Source of the DNA: a virus
Virus record (IMG/VR): IMGVR_UViG_3300005828_000059
Reading direction: 5' to 3' (one strand)
Length of the DNA stretch: 46,034 nucleotides
The translations under genes and the position numbers were made by a program. Positions within the stretch are counted from its first letter, which is position 1. The number at the start of each line of letters is the position of its first letter. Below are positions 6,459 through 17,217 of this stretch, piece by piece. The notes below the pieces were generated by a model, which saw nothing but the letters and a program-made list of their open reading frames with translations, had not been told where the DNA came from and made no database searches.

Positions 6459-9400
6459 TTACTTTTTCCCGAGCAGCATCCCGCCAATGAAGTCTCGAAT
6501 TGACTCCGGCTCTTCTTCGCCCACAGATAGCTGATACAGGTAATCGCCTGTCGTGATCAACTGTGATGTTGGGAGTCCAACCCACAACCCTGCGGCGCGC
6601 AAAATCTTCTTCGCAAACGCGTCGATGTCTTCGTCCCCTTGCAGCATATCTTTCGTGGATCCGACTGCGCTAGTCGTGGCAGTGTATAGCTGCGCGATCG
6701 GCGAAAACTGGTAGCTGTACCCGCGAGTCCATGCCGAAAAAGCATCTCGCGCAATCGGGATAGACGCTAGCGGATAGAGCGCTACCCCGGAGATAAACCT
6801 CCACCAGTCTTCCGGCTCGGCATCCTCGTCCGGCACATTACCGGTAAGGATCTCCGCCATCAGCGCCGGCACAACCCAGACCCACATCGTCCGCGCAAAC
6901 AGCCTTACAGGGTTCACCCTGCCGACATCGTGCCCGATGCTGCGCAGTTGCCCGTAGAGCGCGCTGAATGGCGTATAAAACAGCGTGAAGATCCGCATCA
7001 AGGCGTTCGAGCGAACCGCCACCATCGCTAAGTCTTTCGCTCCACCTGCGCCTTGCGATTTGCGCACTGCGCGGTCCCCTTCTCGGATCGCTTGCTCTTT
7101 CCCTTTTTTCTCATGGCGCGCCCGCTCGTAAGCGCCAAGCCAAGTCGGCAGACTCACGAGCATTTCAGTTAACCCGATCCCATACATTGACGCAGCCCGG
7201 ATCTGCGACAGTAGATCCTCTTTACCCGACAGCGAACGCAGAACATCGCGCAAGGTTTCGTCGCGAGTCTGGAACCGGTGCCGCATCTCTCCCGACATCG
7301 ACGTCACAAAATCATACGCAGCCGGCGGGTTCGAAATGAACCTGCGATAGCCGGTTACCATCCAGCGAGCGCCGGTTGCCTCGATCGCGGGGCCCAGGCC
7401 AGCAAGCTGAGTGATCATCGTGGATGCTTTGAATCCGAGAGCGGCGATCGTTACGTTGATGCGGGCGCTCTCCAGCATCTGCTGCCAGACAAAAAGCGCG
7501 CGGATGTTGTTCGCGCTGCGATCGTTCGCGATGTTGCGAACCCAGCCTTCCAGCAAGTTCAAATACTCAGACCCCGCTGTATCTGTGATCGCCTGTCGGA
7601 TCTTGCCGCTCCGCAAGACTTTGTTGGCGTCCATGATCACTTTGCGGTGCGTAAGGTCTTTAATGACGCCAGCAACTTCAGACGGCAGCCGGTTGAGCGT
7701 GAGGTCGAAAGCAGCGGTGAACTGCTGCACGCGCGCCTTGGTTCTCCCCTGGGGCGTTGTCGCGCGCACGTAGTTGTTGTCGACCAGTCCGCCAACTGTG
7801 GACGCGAGTTGGAGTCCGCCTCGATCCGAGTACCGGGGGTCATACATCAGTGGATAGTACCCGCCTCGATATGCGCCGAACTTCGTCTCCACTTGGCGCG
7901 CTTTCACCTCTTCCGGCTCAAGCCCGGTTAGCTCCTTCTGCAGTTTCCAGATCGCGGGTTTCATCGTCTCCAGGGTATCCCAAACACCCTGTACAAAATC
8001 CCACTCTTCTTTCGTCAGCAAGCCGAGGGCTTCGTCGATTTGCTCTTTGCTCCAGGTGACGCCCAACGTGTTGGAACGTACGAGTTTGTCGTAGTTGCTT
8101 TCGTTTCCTACGTTAAGCGCGATCCCGAGCAAGTCTCGCCGCACGAGATTGACTCCAGGCGTCAACCGGAGAACGACTTTGTCGAGCGCGCTCTTCTGAA
8201 CCTCGCTCGGGATATTCTGCACCGCACGTGTGATCTTCGCGGTAATCTCTTTCGTCAGATCGTACTCGGCGGTCTGTGCGTCAACTGCCGGGCTCCACAG
8301 AGTATCGTGCCAAGGGCCTGCAGTTCCGCCGTCAACGAACTCGAAGAAAATCTCCGGCTTGAGCATGCTCGCATCAAGCAGCTTTAATATGTGAGTGAGA
8401 CTCTCCCACAAAGACATCCCCTGCTCGGTTGCAGCGCGCAACTTCGCTTTGTTCTTGAACTGCTCGCGCACGCTCGCCGCAAGAGCGTCCTCTGTCTCCA
8501 GCCATTCGCGCTTTGCTGCGCTGGCGAGGAGCTTGTTCTTTACGCGCGCGATGTGCTCGATCTGACGAACGGTGTCGTAGATGCCGTTGATCTCGTCAAC
8601 CGTCAACTGCCGATAGTTGATGCGCGTAGTCTCTTCGACCAGCCTCGCCGGCAGATTGATCTCCTCGCCGAGTGTCTCTCCGCTCGCTTCCTTCTGCTTG
8701 ATCCACTCTCCCAGCGCTTCTCGCTTGTCGAGAGCTTTGTACGGGACACGGATAAACTCGAAGCGCCCCAGCAGCGCTTGGATTTGATCGAGGTAGTCGT
8801 GTCCGGCTTTCCCGAGACGCTCGATAACGGACCGGCGCTGAAACTTCGCCATGTATCGACGGACGTCTTCGACCTGCTCTCGCGCATCGAATGCAGCGTT
8901 GTATAGCTCCATGTTCAGAAGCTCGGTCCTCTTCGCTGCAGCCGCGCTCGCGAAATCTCGCCGCATCAAAGCTTCCATCGATTCGCGGCTCGACTTTCGC
9001 GCCATCCGCAGATAGCTCTGCGGATCCAGGTTGCGCACAGTCTGCTGTCCCACCATGCCCCGCGCCATCGAGCGCAGATCCGCGCGGCCTGGGATCGAGC
9101 GCATCATGCGTCGGCCTTCTGCCACTTGCGCACGCTCTTGGCGTTGCATGACTCGAATTGCCGGTTGCGCCTGCCGCACTAGCCGCTGGAGTGCGTCGAG
9201 TTCCATCTCGACGACGTCTGCACGGGCGTCGGTGTACAAAGAGCGGATAGCCTCTTCGCGTCGAGCCGCGTCGTTTGAGAGCATGTCCCCGAACTCTGCA
9301 TTGAGCCTTTCTTGGACGCGTCTCTTGATCTTGTCGCGCATAGGCTCTGCTTGCGCGATCGATTCGAGCATCTCCTTGCCGGAAGTGAATCCGAATTGCT

Positions 9401-12400
9401 CGGCAACTACATCGGGGTGCATCCCGCTTTCGCGAAGATACATGCCCCGTGTTCTACGCATGATGTCGAGTGTCTTGTACGCAGGGTCACCCTTGTAGAG
9501 ACGCTCGACATCATCCCGGTTGAGCTTTACCTCGACATCGAGAGGATCGCCTTGCGGACTCTTTCCACGGCGGAGCGCACTAATTGCGCGATACGTTGGA
9601 TCCGCGTAGGTTTCCTCTTCGACCTCTCGCGTGACTTCTTCCTTTCGTGCATTGTACTCATCGGTCTGGGCCCTCTTGATGTCGCGCATCATCTGCGCTT
9701 GCAAGCGCGCTCGGCCATCCTGACTGACGGCTTGCAAGCGAGCCTTGTATGCCGCAAACATCTCCGGAGACATGCCGGCTGTCTGTGCGTCGATGAAGAG
9801 CGGGATGAAAGAGTCTTCCTGGCGCGCAAGCTCGATCTCAGTATCGGTCGCGAAGATGCGATCGAATACGCCAGTCACCTCGGGCGATAGCTCCACATTC
9901 AGCGCGTGCAAATCTCGATACACGCGCTTGAACCACTCCCGGATCCGCGCGAACGTCTGGCGAAGCGCGCTCGACGGAGAGACTCCGCGCATGAAGTAAG
10001 CTTCGAGCCCGCGCGCGAACTTCTCGTGGTGCTCTGTCTGGATCTGAGCACGAGACTCGACGCCGAGCCATTTGAGGATCAGATCGTAGTCTTGCTTGAG
10101 CGTCGGGTCAGCGGTTTCGAGCGCTGCGAGATCCCCAAGCATCTCCAGATAGATATGCCCAGTCTCGTGGACGAAGCTCGTCAGGTTTGCGCCTTCGAGC
10201 AGACCCACCTCGAAGCGTCGACCCGCAGGCGTGTTCAGGAAGTTGACGAACGCGAGCGGCTTTGTCCGAGCCGACGCCGCAGAAGTCTCGTCTTGTCTTA
10301 GCCCGTATCTCTGTTCGTTCTCTTGCTTGATCTTGTCCGCTGCTGATTCCCGAATGCCAAGGTATTCGGCGTCGACTCGCGGAATGCCGAGCGTGACGAC
10401 AGCACCAGTCTGTCCGAAGTTGCGGTTGAAATAGCCGTCATAACCGGACTCGATGATCGCGTGCTCAAGCCCGTTCATCGCATTCGGTTTGCCCGCCTCG
10501 AGCCACGTCTTGACGATGCCGTCGGGATCCGCTACTGCGTCGTAGATATTGTCGAGCTTGACGCGATAGACGTGCTGTCCGATAACGGTGCCTTCCGCTC
10601 TCGGCATCACGCCGTCTTCCTTTTGCGCGTAAAAATACACGCGTGTTGCGAGCGGGGTGCCGTGAACTTTGATGCGCTCACGCTCGGCACCGGGTGTTCC
10701 GGTTCCGAACATGCTGCCGGACAACGAGGATAGGTTCTCAGCCTTCCCGTAGTGGACGCCGACGACGGAGATCGCGCCTGCTTTCGGCGGGCGCGCGTGG
10801 AACGTTGGAGTGTTTACTCCGGTTTGGTCTGACCAGCCAGCGGGTGTTGCTCCAGATACTTCTCCAGGTCCGCCTCGACCGTACCCCGCTGCACCTGCTC
10901 CTCCGGCGCGCTGTTCATCACCTGGAGCAACTCCTCTTTGCTCAAGGGTGCGCTCGACGCGCGTTGGGGCGAACCTACGTTCCAGTTCTGCAGCAAGCGC
11001 ATCTCTTCCTCGTTCGCGAAGCGAACGGGTGTACCCTTCGCCAGCTTTCGCTTTTGTCCAGTCATTCTCCACCGTCCTCAAGTCTGCAGGAAATCCGTAC
11101 GCGTCGATGTCGCCGAGTTCGAGATCTTCGGCGGCAGAGACAGCGGCGTCCTGGATAGATTGTAAAGCTTTTTTACTCCAGTGTCCTGTGGAGTTGACAA
11201 AGCGAATTCCAGGCACCCCGTTTACGGTCGTCTGCTGAAAGCCGGAAATGACTTTTTCCGGTTTGAGCCCTTCCGCTGACAAGTATGCGTACATGCGCTC
11301 GAACAGGTCGGTCGCGCGCTGCATCGAATTGATCTGAGGCCCGAGCACGTCGAACGCGTGCTTCTTTCCGCTCTTGAGCGCGCGCGTTACCCAGACCTCG
11401 GTCTGCCCGAAAGCATACCCGAGCGCAGTCGCGAAATCGTCGGCCGCTTCCGGGCTTGCGAGAGCGTCGATCTGAAATGCGCTCTCGACGCTGCCGAGGT
11501 ACGCGCCTGCGCCTTCCTCAGCCTGCATGATCTTGACGTTCGCCAGCTTCGCGATCTCTTCGATCCGCTGACGTGCTTGCTCGCCGGCAAACGAGGCTTG
11601 AGGCGCGCCTTCGCCCGGAGATAGCCCGAGTGACACTCGGCGCACATTCTTACCGATGATGTCGCTGACGAACTCAGGCTGGATCCTGAGCGCTTTCTGC
11701 AGCGAAACCCAACCAACCGCTTGCGCCTCGCTCGGGATCCAGTTCCCACCGTTGAATCCGCGCGCGTTTAGCTCGCGAGCGAGATCGTTGTAAAAGCGAG
11801 ATCCGTACTCATACTGGGGTTCATGAATCGACTTGAGGTCATTGCTGACTTTCTTGACCGCTTTCGCGCCGAATATCTCAATCAAACGGTTTCGCATTTT
11901 GTCGTCGACGAAGCCGATGTCGCGGAAAGCCCAAATGTCGATAGCCGCCGGACCACCCCCGCGAACATCTCGCCCCATCGCCGTGCGAGTCGAGAACCCC
12001 AGTTCGGAGTCCATGAAATCGAGAAGCTTTACACCGAGCCCGCTCTGAGGAGTTGTCCCGCGCAGCAAAGCGCGAATTGCGTTCTCCGCTAACCCGGCTC
12101 GCGAGTACCCAACCGGCGGAAGCCCGCGCTCTAGGTCCATCGCTCGCAACACGCTGCGGAAGCCGCCGCTTGGGCTTTCGTTTATCTGTGAGGCGAGCCA
12201 CGCAGTTCCGATTACCGGGGCATCCTCTCCGTACAGAGGCTCCAGCGTCGAAAACAGTTGCCGATACCACGCCCTCGACTGCCGAAGGTCTTCGGTGCTA
12301 AGCAGCGTGCTAACACGCTCGACCCAATCATCAAACGTCACACGCCCCACTACGAGCTTATTCTCGCCGGACTGAAGAACGGTCCTCTTGTTCAAGGGTG

Positions 12401-14888
12401 CCCCTACTCGCGCATCTCGCGCAAGCGTGCGACCGAGGCGACCTGGGGCTTCTGCGCGAGTGCGCTCGCTCTCTGCCGGGCTCACGCCTCCGGTGTAGTC
12501 CGGTTGAACCTCGACGACCGCTGCTCTCTGATACAGAGTCTTGCCCTTCGGCTTTCGAGTTGCGATCGTAATGTTCGGCATGAGATTATCGCCAGCGCGA
12601 GCTATGTACGGCGCGAACCCCAAACTGACGAGCCTCTCCATCTCAGTTATGCCCGAGTACGCGCCTGCATATGCGGAGTCCATGAACTCGACTTCGAGCC
12701 CATTCTCGTCGGCAAACGCGAGAACTTCTCCCAGCGCTTCCGCGCGAGCCTGTGGTTGGAACGGAAGCCATGTGATTGCGATCTTGCCGTTGTCCTGCAA
12801 GTTGAGCAGGAGCTTGTCGTTCGTGATCCGCTGATCGACTTCCTGCCCGAACCAGCCTTGATTGACTCGATCCTCGATCGAGTACAGCTTCCGCCGAAGC
12901 TCGCGCAAATCGCGCGCTTGCGAATAGCTCTCGCCTGTCGGCGCAGTCGTGGGCCCCTCTCCCGCGATAGCGGCCCGAACGGTTGGCGCGTACTGTTCCA
13001 CCAACGCAGCCGGATCCACGCCCGCGCGAGCGGCGAGCAGTTGGAGTGGCTGGCTGTACAACAGCTGCGCATACGTGTCGACGACATCGGGCGCGAACTT
13101 TCCGGTTGCGAGCAGCTGCTCGCGCAGTTGATTGAGGCGGGCTTCCGTTCCGCCGGCTGCCTGATCCTGCTGTTGCTGCTCCTGGTTGACGCGCTCCGAC
13201 AGCGCGCGCATCTGCCCCTGAAAGTAGGTCGCCTGACGCATGGTCATGTCGTCAAACTCGAGTTTCAGATCGAGCGATAGCTCGGCGTTGTGCTCTGTGG
13301 GGGCCAAGATCGCAGCGTACCGGCTCGTCGGAATCACGAGGTCGCCCTCGGTCTCGAGCGCGTCCGAGAGTGCCTGATCGGTGCCCATTACACGCCGAGC
13401 TACCTCTGCCGGATCGACCCCCACTGACTGCCAGTACCGAACCCAGTCATCCCCCAGGATTCGAACGTTCTCGATAGGGCCCCCCTCGGTGGCCTGGGCA
13501 GCGATCTCCTGGATCGAGCTTGGCAGCCGCTGATACGCTTTCGATTCCTTGATGTTCTCGCCCAGGGCCTGGAAATAGGCTGACCGAATCTGGGCGCTAC
13601 GGCTGGCCTGGAGGTCTCTGGCGAGGCCCATCGCGTGTCCGGGTAGCAGCATGAGCGGAAAGCTCTCCAGGGCCCCCACGCCCTCCCTAAGCAGATCCTG
13701 GCCTATGTCTCCCCAGGCTCGAGGCTGGAACCCGCCCTGGGCATACTTGGCAAGCTCGCCGGACATGATCGTGACGGCCCTCTGACCCACCTCCGTGGCG
13801 ACCTCGCCAGTCAGGTTCACGCCGAATTCGACCGCAAGGCTGCCCAGCGCTGACCGAACGGTAGGGGACCGTAGCGCATAGGCGACAGCATCCCGGCCGG
13901 CGGCCCCGAATAGCTTGCCCGCTCCGGGGATTGAGCGCAGCAAGAAACCCAGCTGCGCGGTTTCCAGGCCCGCGTTGAGCACCCCGGCGGCCTGGGCTGC
14001 CACGTAGGCAGTTTTCGGGTCTAAAGGCTGTCCGCGAGCGTCCCTGAAGCTCCTGTACTCCAGCCACGCGCCCCCGGCTTCTTGCTCCTGAGTCCACATG
14101 GCCGCGCCGGTAAAGGTGCCGGCCAGATAGCCGGCAAGCGCGGCAGCTGGAACCGTGACGACTTCTGCCGCTGGTACGATCGCGCTCGCAATCGCGACCC
14201 CGCCAGCGGTCGCGAGAGCGCCCTGAGCGCCCATCAGCTGGCCTTGGGCAAGAGCACCTCCCGTCTGTGGCAGTTGCTGGAGGGTACCCGCGATCATGCG
14301 CTGCCAGAGGGGGCCCGCTACCTCGCGGCGCGTCTGCTGCTCTCGCAGCAGAGACTCGAACCGGGCGCGCTCTTCACGCGAAAGCGCAAGCTGGGGATTG
14401 ATCGCGCTCTTCATTTCGCGAAACGCGAACCGGTTCAACTCGACATCTTCCATCCCACGCGCCATCGATTCGCGAGGTGCTTGGAGCATCCATTCGAGAG
14501 CGCCCATTCGCAGATAGTCGTCTCTCGCGACCGCTGCGTTGTATGGATTCTTGGCTGCCCAGGCTGCTACGATCGGGTTGTTCTTCGCGAACGCATCTGG
14601 ATCGAAGTCCGATTTCGCTGCTTCGGCTTTGATCGCGTCGAAATTCGACTTGACGAGATCTGGCGGAAGACCTGTACGTGTCGACAGCTTCAGAATATCC
14701 GCCGCTCGATCTGGGGCAAGATCTTTCGAGATGAACATCGAGCCCTTGAGGTTCGGCTGTTGTCCTGCTAGCTCGCGCGCGAAATCGTACGCCGGGCCTC
14801 CTGAGCGCATCGAGTCGGTTTTCGGGAGCAGCTGCTGTTGCTGCTCTTCCTTGTCCAGCTGTTGTAACTGCTCTGCAAACGTAGCCAT
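6459..14888 (-). CDS. Giant (2,809 aa) virion-associated or ejected multidomain protein of the 'polyvalent protein' type, carrying a zincin HExxH motif
   Basis: An uninterrupted 8.4-kb ORF in the tail/internal-protein block. HETGH lies at nt 10155-10169 (residue ~1574). A Gly/Ala-rich hydrophobic region spans about residues 200-330. Several hydrophobic helices occur in the last ~400 aa. Confidence 0.7.
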   Translation of the reverse strand: MATFAEQLQQLDKEEQQQQLLPKTDSMRSGGPAYDFARELAGQQPNLKGSMFISKDLAPDRAADILKLSTRTGLPPDLVKSNFDAIKAEAAKSDFDPDAFAKNNPIVAAWAAKNPYNAAVARDDYLRMGALEWMLQAPRESMARGMEDVELNRFAFREMKSAINPQLALSREERARFESLLREQQTRREVAGPLWQRMIAGTLQQLPQTGGALAQGQLMGAQGALATAGGVAIASAIVPAAEVVTVPAAALAGYLAGTFTGAAMWTQEQEAGGAWLEYRSFRDARGQPLDPKTAYVAAQAAGVLNAGLETAQLGFLLRSIPGAGKLFGAAGRDAVAYALRSPTVRSALGSLAVEFGVNLTGEVATEVGQRAVTIMSGELAKYAQGGFQPRAWGDIGQDLLREGVGALESFPLMLLPGHAMGLARDLQASRSAQIRSAYFQALGENIKESKAYQRLPSSIQEIAAQATEGGPIENVRILGDDWVRYWQSVGVDPAEVARRVMGTDQALSDALETEGDLVIPTSRYAAILAPTEHNAELSLDLKLEFDDMTMRQATYFQGQMRALSERVNQEQQQQDQAAGGTEARLNQLREQLLATGKFAPDVVDTYAQLLYSQPLQLLAARAGVDPAALVEQYAPTVRAAIAGEGPTTAPTGESYSQARDLRELRRKLYSIEDRVNQGWFGQEVDQRITNDKLLLNLQDNGKIAITWLPFQPQARAEALGEVLAFADENGLEVEFMDSAYAGAYSGITEMERLVSLGFAPYIARAGDNLMPNITIATRKPKGKTLYQRAAVVEVQPDYTGGVSPAESERTRAEAPGRLGRTLARDARVGAPLNKRTVLQSGENKLVVGRVTFDDWVERVSTLLSTEDLRQSRAWYRQLFSTLEPLYGEDAPVIGTAWLASQINESPSGGFRSVLRAMDLERGLPPVGYSRAGLAENAIRALLRGTTPQSGLGVKLLDFMDSELGFSTRTAMGRDVRGGGPAAIDIWAFRDIGFVDDKMRNRLIEIFGAKAVKKVSNDLKSIHEPQYEYGSRFYNDLARELNARGFNGGNWIPSEAQAVGWVSLQKALRIQPEFVSDIIGKNVRRVSLGLSPGEGAPQASFAGEQARQRIEEIAKLANVKIMQAEEGAGAYLGSVESAFQIDALASPEAADDFATALGYAFGQTEVWVTRALKSGKKHAFDVLGPQINSMQRATDLFERMYAYLSAEGLKPEKVISGFQQTTVNGVPGIRFVNSTGHWSKKALQSIQDAAVSAAEDLELGDIDAYGFPADLRTVENDWTKAKAGEGYTRSLRERGRDALAAELERRFAPTRVERTLEQRGVAPGDEQRAGGAGAAGYGRGGPGEVSGATPAGWSDQTGVNTPTFHARPPKAGAISVVGVHYGKAENLSSLSGSMFGTGTPGAERERIKVHGTPLATRVYFYAQKEDGVMPRAEGTVIGQHVYRVKLDNIYDAVADPDGIVKTWLEAGKPNAMNGLEHAIIESGYDGYFNRNFGQTGAVVTLGIPRVDAEYLGIRESAADKIKQENEQRYGLRQDETSAASARTKPLAFVNFLNTPAGRRFEVGLLEGANLTSFVHETGHIYLEMLGDLAALETADPTLKQDYDLILKWLGVESRAQIQTEHHEKFARGLEAYFMRGVSPSSALRQTFARIREWFKRVYRDLHALNVELSPEVTGVFDRIFATDTEIELARQEDSFIPLFIDAQTAGMSPEMFAAYKARLQAVSQDGRARLQAQMMRDIKRAQTDEYNARKEEVTREVEEETYADPTYRAISALRRGKSPQGDPLDVEVKLNRDDVERLYKGDPAYKTLDIMRRTRGMYLRESGMHPDVVAEQFGFTSGKEMLESIAQAEPMRDKIKRRVQERLNAEFGDMLSNDAARREEAIRSLYTDARADVVEMELDALQRLVRQAQPAIRVMQRQERAQVAEGRRMMRSIPGRADLRSMARGMVGQQTVRNLDPQSYLRMARKSSRESMEALMRRDFASAAAAKRTELLNMELYNAAFDAREQVEDVRRYMAKFQRRSVIERLGKAGHDYLDQIQALLGRFEFIRVPYKALDKREALGEWIKQKEASGETLGEEINLPARLVEETTRINYRQLTVDEINGIYDTVRQIEHIARVKNKLLASAAKREWLETEDALAASVREQFKNKAKLRAATEQGMSLWESLTHILKLLDASMLKPEIFFEFVDGGTAGPWHDTLWSPAVDAQTAEYDLTKEITAKITRAVQNIPSEVQKSALDKVVLRLTPGVNLVRRDLLGIALNVGNESNYDKLVRSNTLGVTWSKEQIDEALGLLTKEEWDFVQGVWDTLETMKPAIWKLQKELTGLEPEEVKARQVETKFGAYRGGYYPLMYDPRYSDRGGLQLASTVGGLVDNNYVRATTPQGRTKARVQQFTAAFDLTLNRLPSEVAGVIKDLTHRKVIMDANKVLRSGKIRQAITDTAGSEYLNLLEGWVRNIANDRSANNIRALFVWQQMLESARINVTIAALGFKASTMITQLAGLGPAIEATGARWMVTGYRRFISNPPAAYDFVTSMSGEMRHRFQTRDETLRDVLRSLSGKEDLLSQIRAASMYGIGLTEMLVSLPTWLGAYERARHEKKGKEQAIREGDRAVRKSQGAGGAKDLAMVAVRSNALMRIFTLFYTPFSALYGQLRSIGHDVGRVNPVRLFARTMWVWVVPALMAEILTGNVPDEDAEPEDWWRFISGVALYPLASIPIARDAFSAWTRGYSYQFSPIAQLYTATTSAVGSTKDMLQGDEDIDAFAKKILRAAGLWVGLPTSQLITTGDYLYQLSVGEEEPESIRDFIGGMLLGKK

Positions 14889-16697
14889 CTATCGGACTTG
14901 TCCTTTGAGGATCGCGTCGATCTCTTCAGTGCTCGCCCCACTTCTGGCAGCGCCCACCGCGCGCTGCATCCTGCGCCTCATGTCGGGCACATTATCGATG
15001 TCCTGGAGCTTTGTCGATACCGGAACAACTTCGAGAGCACGGATCCGGTTTCGGAGCGCCATCAAAGTGCCCGAAGCGTATTGCTTGTTGCCGATCCTTT
15101 GATACGCGAAATCCTTGTAGGGGACATACACGTTCGCGAGGTCATCCTCTTCGAGCTTGACGACCGGCACGTTTTCTTTGTCCCACCACCAGTTCTTCTC
15201 GACGTGGACGCGAGCGGCGAACATATCGGAGAGGATCTTGTCTTTCTCCGCGCCTGTTGCTCTTCGCTTGCCGCCAAGCTCGTGTTCTTCATATGCGTTC
15301 AGCCGGCGCTCAAACTCGGGTTGGACTTCGGCGATCGCTTCTTTGTTTTGTGCCCTTCCACGCTCAGAGCGCGGGAAATTTTTATCGACGATGCCGGCGT
15401 CTACCAGCGTTCTTCGGATTCGCTCGTCGTCAGACAGCACAGAAGTGAGCTTCGGGTCCGACATATCCTTCTTTTCGCCTGCGGTCCGCATCGTCTCCCA
15501 GCGAGACAAAACCGAGTTGAAGTGAGCATCATCCAGGTACGGACGAAGACGCATGATATCGGCTTTCGACATGCGCGCGACTTCCTGCACCGACTTGTCC
15601 AGGAAGTCGACATAGACGCCATCCTTGTTGACCGGCTCTATCCCGCGACGTGAGATGTCCCAGTAGCTTTTGAGCGCGGCGCGCTCTTGCACCGTCAGTT
15701 GCTGCCACATTGGAGTTGGGATATTAGTCCAGGATCCTTTTTGCTCGACGATGTTGGTCGCATCGACGAACCTCTGATCGTCCTCTTGCTTCTTGACTGC
15801 GCCCCGTACTGTCCAGTCAGCCTTGATGCGAGCTTCGGCGGCTTCCCGGACATCGGGATCCAGGCTCTTGGTCTGCTCCAGGGCTGCGCTGAGAGACTCT
15901 GTCGACGCCAAGATCTTGTCGGCTTCCGCTTGGGCCTGACCTTTTACGCTGCTGGTATGGAGCGCATCTCGAATCTTAGCCGCTTGCGCAGGATCGATCT
16001 CTTTTTCGTTCTGCGCGAAGTAGGCTTTCGCCTGTTTGTAGTTTTCGCCGGCCAGCATCTGCGTGATAACCGTCGAATGCATCTGCGATATCTTCGCTTC
16101 GGTTTGTTCTTTTAGCCACGCGGCTCCGCGCCCGTGCGACTTCGCGAAATCACCGAGCGAGGTCTCGATAAGCAACCCGGACTGTGCGATCACGTTGGGG
16201 TCGTAGTAGTTGCGGCCCGCATGATCGATCAATGTGTTGACGTACGATTGTGTCTCCTGCGTCTCGTAAGCGTCGATCTGCTGTGCCGTGTGGCGGTTGA
16301 CCGACATCGAAAGCTCGAAGTATCGAGTTTGCGCACGAGAATCGAAAGCCGGGATCTGGTCCTCGGACAAACCCGCGCGAATCTCTCCCGAGGTCTTCTG
16401 CCAGCGCTGCTCGAACTCGTCAGGAAGGCCGGCTGCGTCTTTGCCGACGCGTTTGATCGCGCCGTTATCGCCGTACATGAAGTCGCGCTCGAACTCCAGC
16501 AGCTTTCGATCTGCCTCCATCAGCGCTGTCGCGTCGGCTCTATGCTTGTACGCGCGAAAGACCGTCTCGCCGGAACGCGCGAGCGTATTCCCGAGCCCGA
16601 CGCCGAACGCGCGTTGATCGACTTGCGTAGACAGCCGGACTGCCGGCGCTCCGGTGGGGCTTACCTGCTGTCCTGTCATCTTCGGTACGACTGGCAT
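14889..16697 (-). CDS. Internal virion/ejection protein candidate (602 aa, largely helical)
   Basis: Contiguous with the giant ORF: its TAG is followed directly by the giant's ATG. The position and composition are typical of podovirus internal core proteins. No specific motif was recognised. Confidence 0.5.
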   Translation of the reverse strand: MPVVPKMTGQQVSPTGAPAVRLSTQVDQRAFGVGLGNTLARSGETVFRAYKHRADATALMEADRKLLEFERDFMYGDNGAIKRVGKDAAGLPDEFEQRWQKTSGEIRAGLSEDQIPAFDSRAQTRYFELSMSVNRHTAQQIDAYETQETQSYVNTLIDHAGRNYYDPNVIAQSGLLIETSLGDFAKSHGRGAAWLKEQTEAKISQMHSTVITQMLAGENYKQAKAYFAQNEKEIDPAQAAKIRDALHTSSVKGQAQAEADKILASTESLSAALEQTKSLDPDVREAAEARIKADWTVRGAVKKQEDDQRFVDATNIVEQKGSWTNIPTPMWQQLTVQERAALKSYWDISRRGIEPVNKDGVYVDFLDKSVQEVARMSKADIMRLRPYLDDAHFNSVLSRWETMRTAGEKKDMSDPKLTSVLSDDERIRRTLVDAGIVDKNFPRSERGRAQNKEAIAEVQPEFERRLNAYEEHELGGKRRATGAEKDKILSDMFAARVHVEKNWWWDKENVPVVKLEEDDLANVYVPYKDFAYQRIGNKQYASGTLMALRNRIRALEVVPVSTKLQDIDNVPDMRRRMQRAVGAARSGASTEEIDAILKGQVR

Positions 16698-16712
16698 CTT
16701 CTTACCCCTTGC

Positions 16713-17207
16713 TCATCCCTTGCTCACACGCTGGGTCGCTGGAACGTTCAAGCCGCGACTGAACAGATATACATCTGTCCCGCCACCGAGCAACGTGGAG
16801 AACGCGCTCATTGTGCCGGCTCGCTCAGCATACACCGCTTCTTGTGCGTAGCCCGCACCTTGCATGCGATACCCCCACGCCTCTCTCGCTGCGTTGTTTC
16901 TGATCGTGAGCGCGTCTAGCTCGCCGTAATAGGCCACGTCTAGCTGGAGATCGAGAGCGGATCCGAATGAGACATCGAGCCCCTGGGCCGACATCGAGGC
17001 GCGCTGCTCTCCGATTAGCTGACGGATGCTAGTCCGATACCGACGCTCTTCGACTTCACCGCGCGCGATCGCATCTTGCGCTTGACCTCCTGCGACCTGC
17101 TGGTTGAACTTCAGATTTTCGGCTTCCGCTTTTCCCGCTTGCTGCTGTCCTACTGCGGAAAAACCGGTCCCGAGCGCCATCAGCCCGATACCTGTAGAGA
17201 TCCCCAT
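16713..17207 (-). CDS. Internal virion protein candidate (164 aa) with an N-terminal Gly-rich hydrophobic segment
   Basis: SD sequence GAGGAG 6 nt upstream of the ATG at 17207. The N-terminus is MGISTGIGLMALGTGFSAVGQQQAGK. The track ORF is trimmed to this start. Confidence 0.5.
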   Translation of the reverse strand: MGISTGIGLMALGTGFSAVGQQQAGKAEAENLKFNQQVAGGQAQDAIARGEVEERRYRTSIRQLIGEQRASMSAQGLDVSFGSALDLQLDVAYYGELDALTIRNNAAREAWGYRMQGAGYAQEAVYAERAGTMSAFSTLLGGGTDVYLFSRGLNVPATQRVSKG

Positions 17208-17217
17208 ACGTTTCTCC

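Noticed and set aside
7278-14771. Multiple long plus-strand ORFs antisense to the giant gene, for example 7278-7931, 12258-13280 (340 aa) and 14082-14771
   Set aside because: These are typical shadow ORFs of a GC-rich coding strand. They have no SD, their composition is rich in Arg, Leu and Ser, and they are fully embedded in an uninterrupted 8.4-kb ORF.
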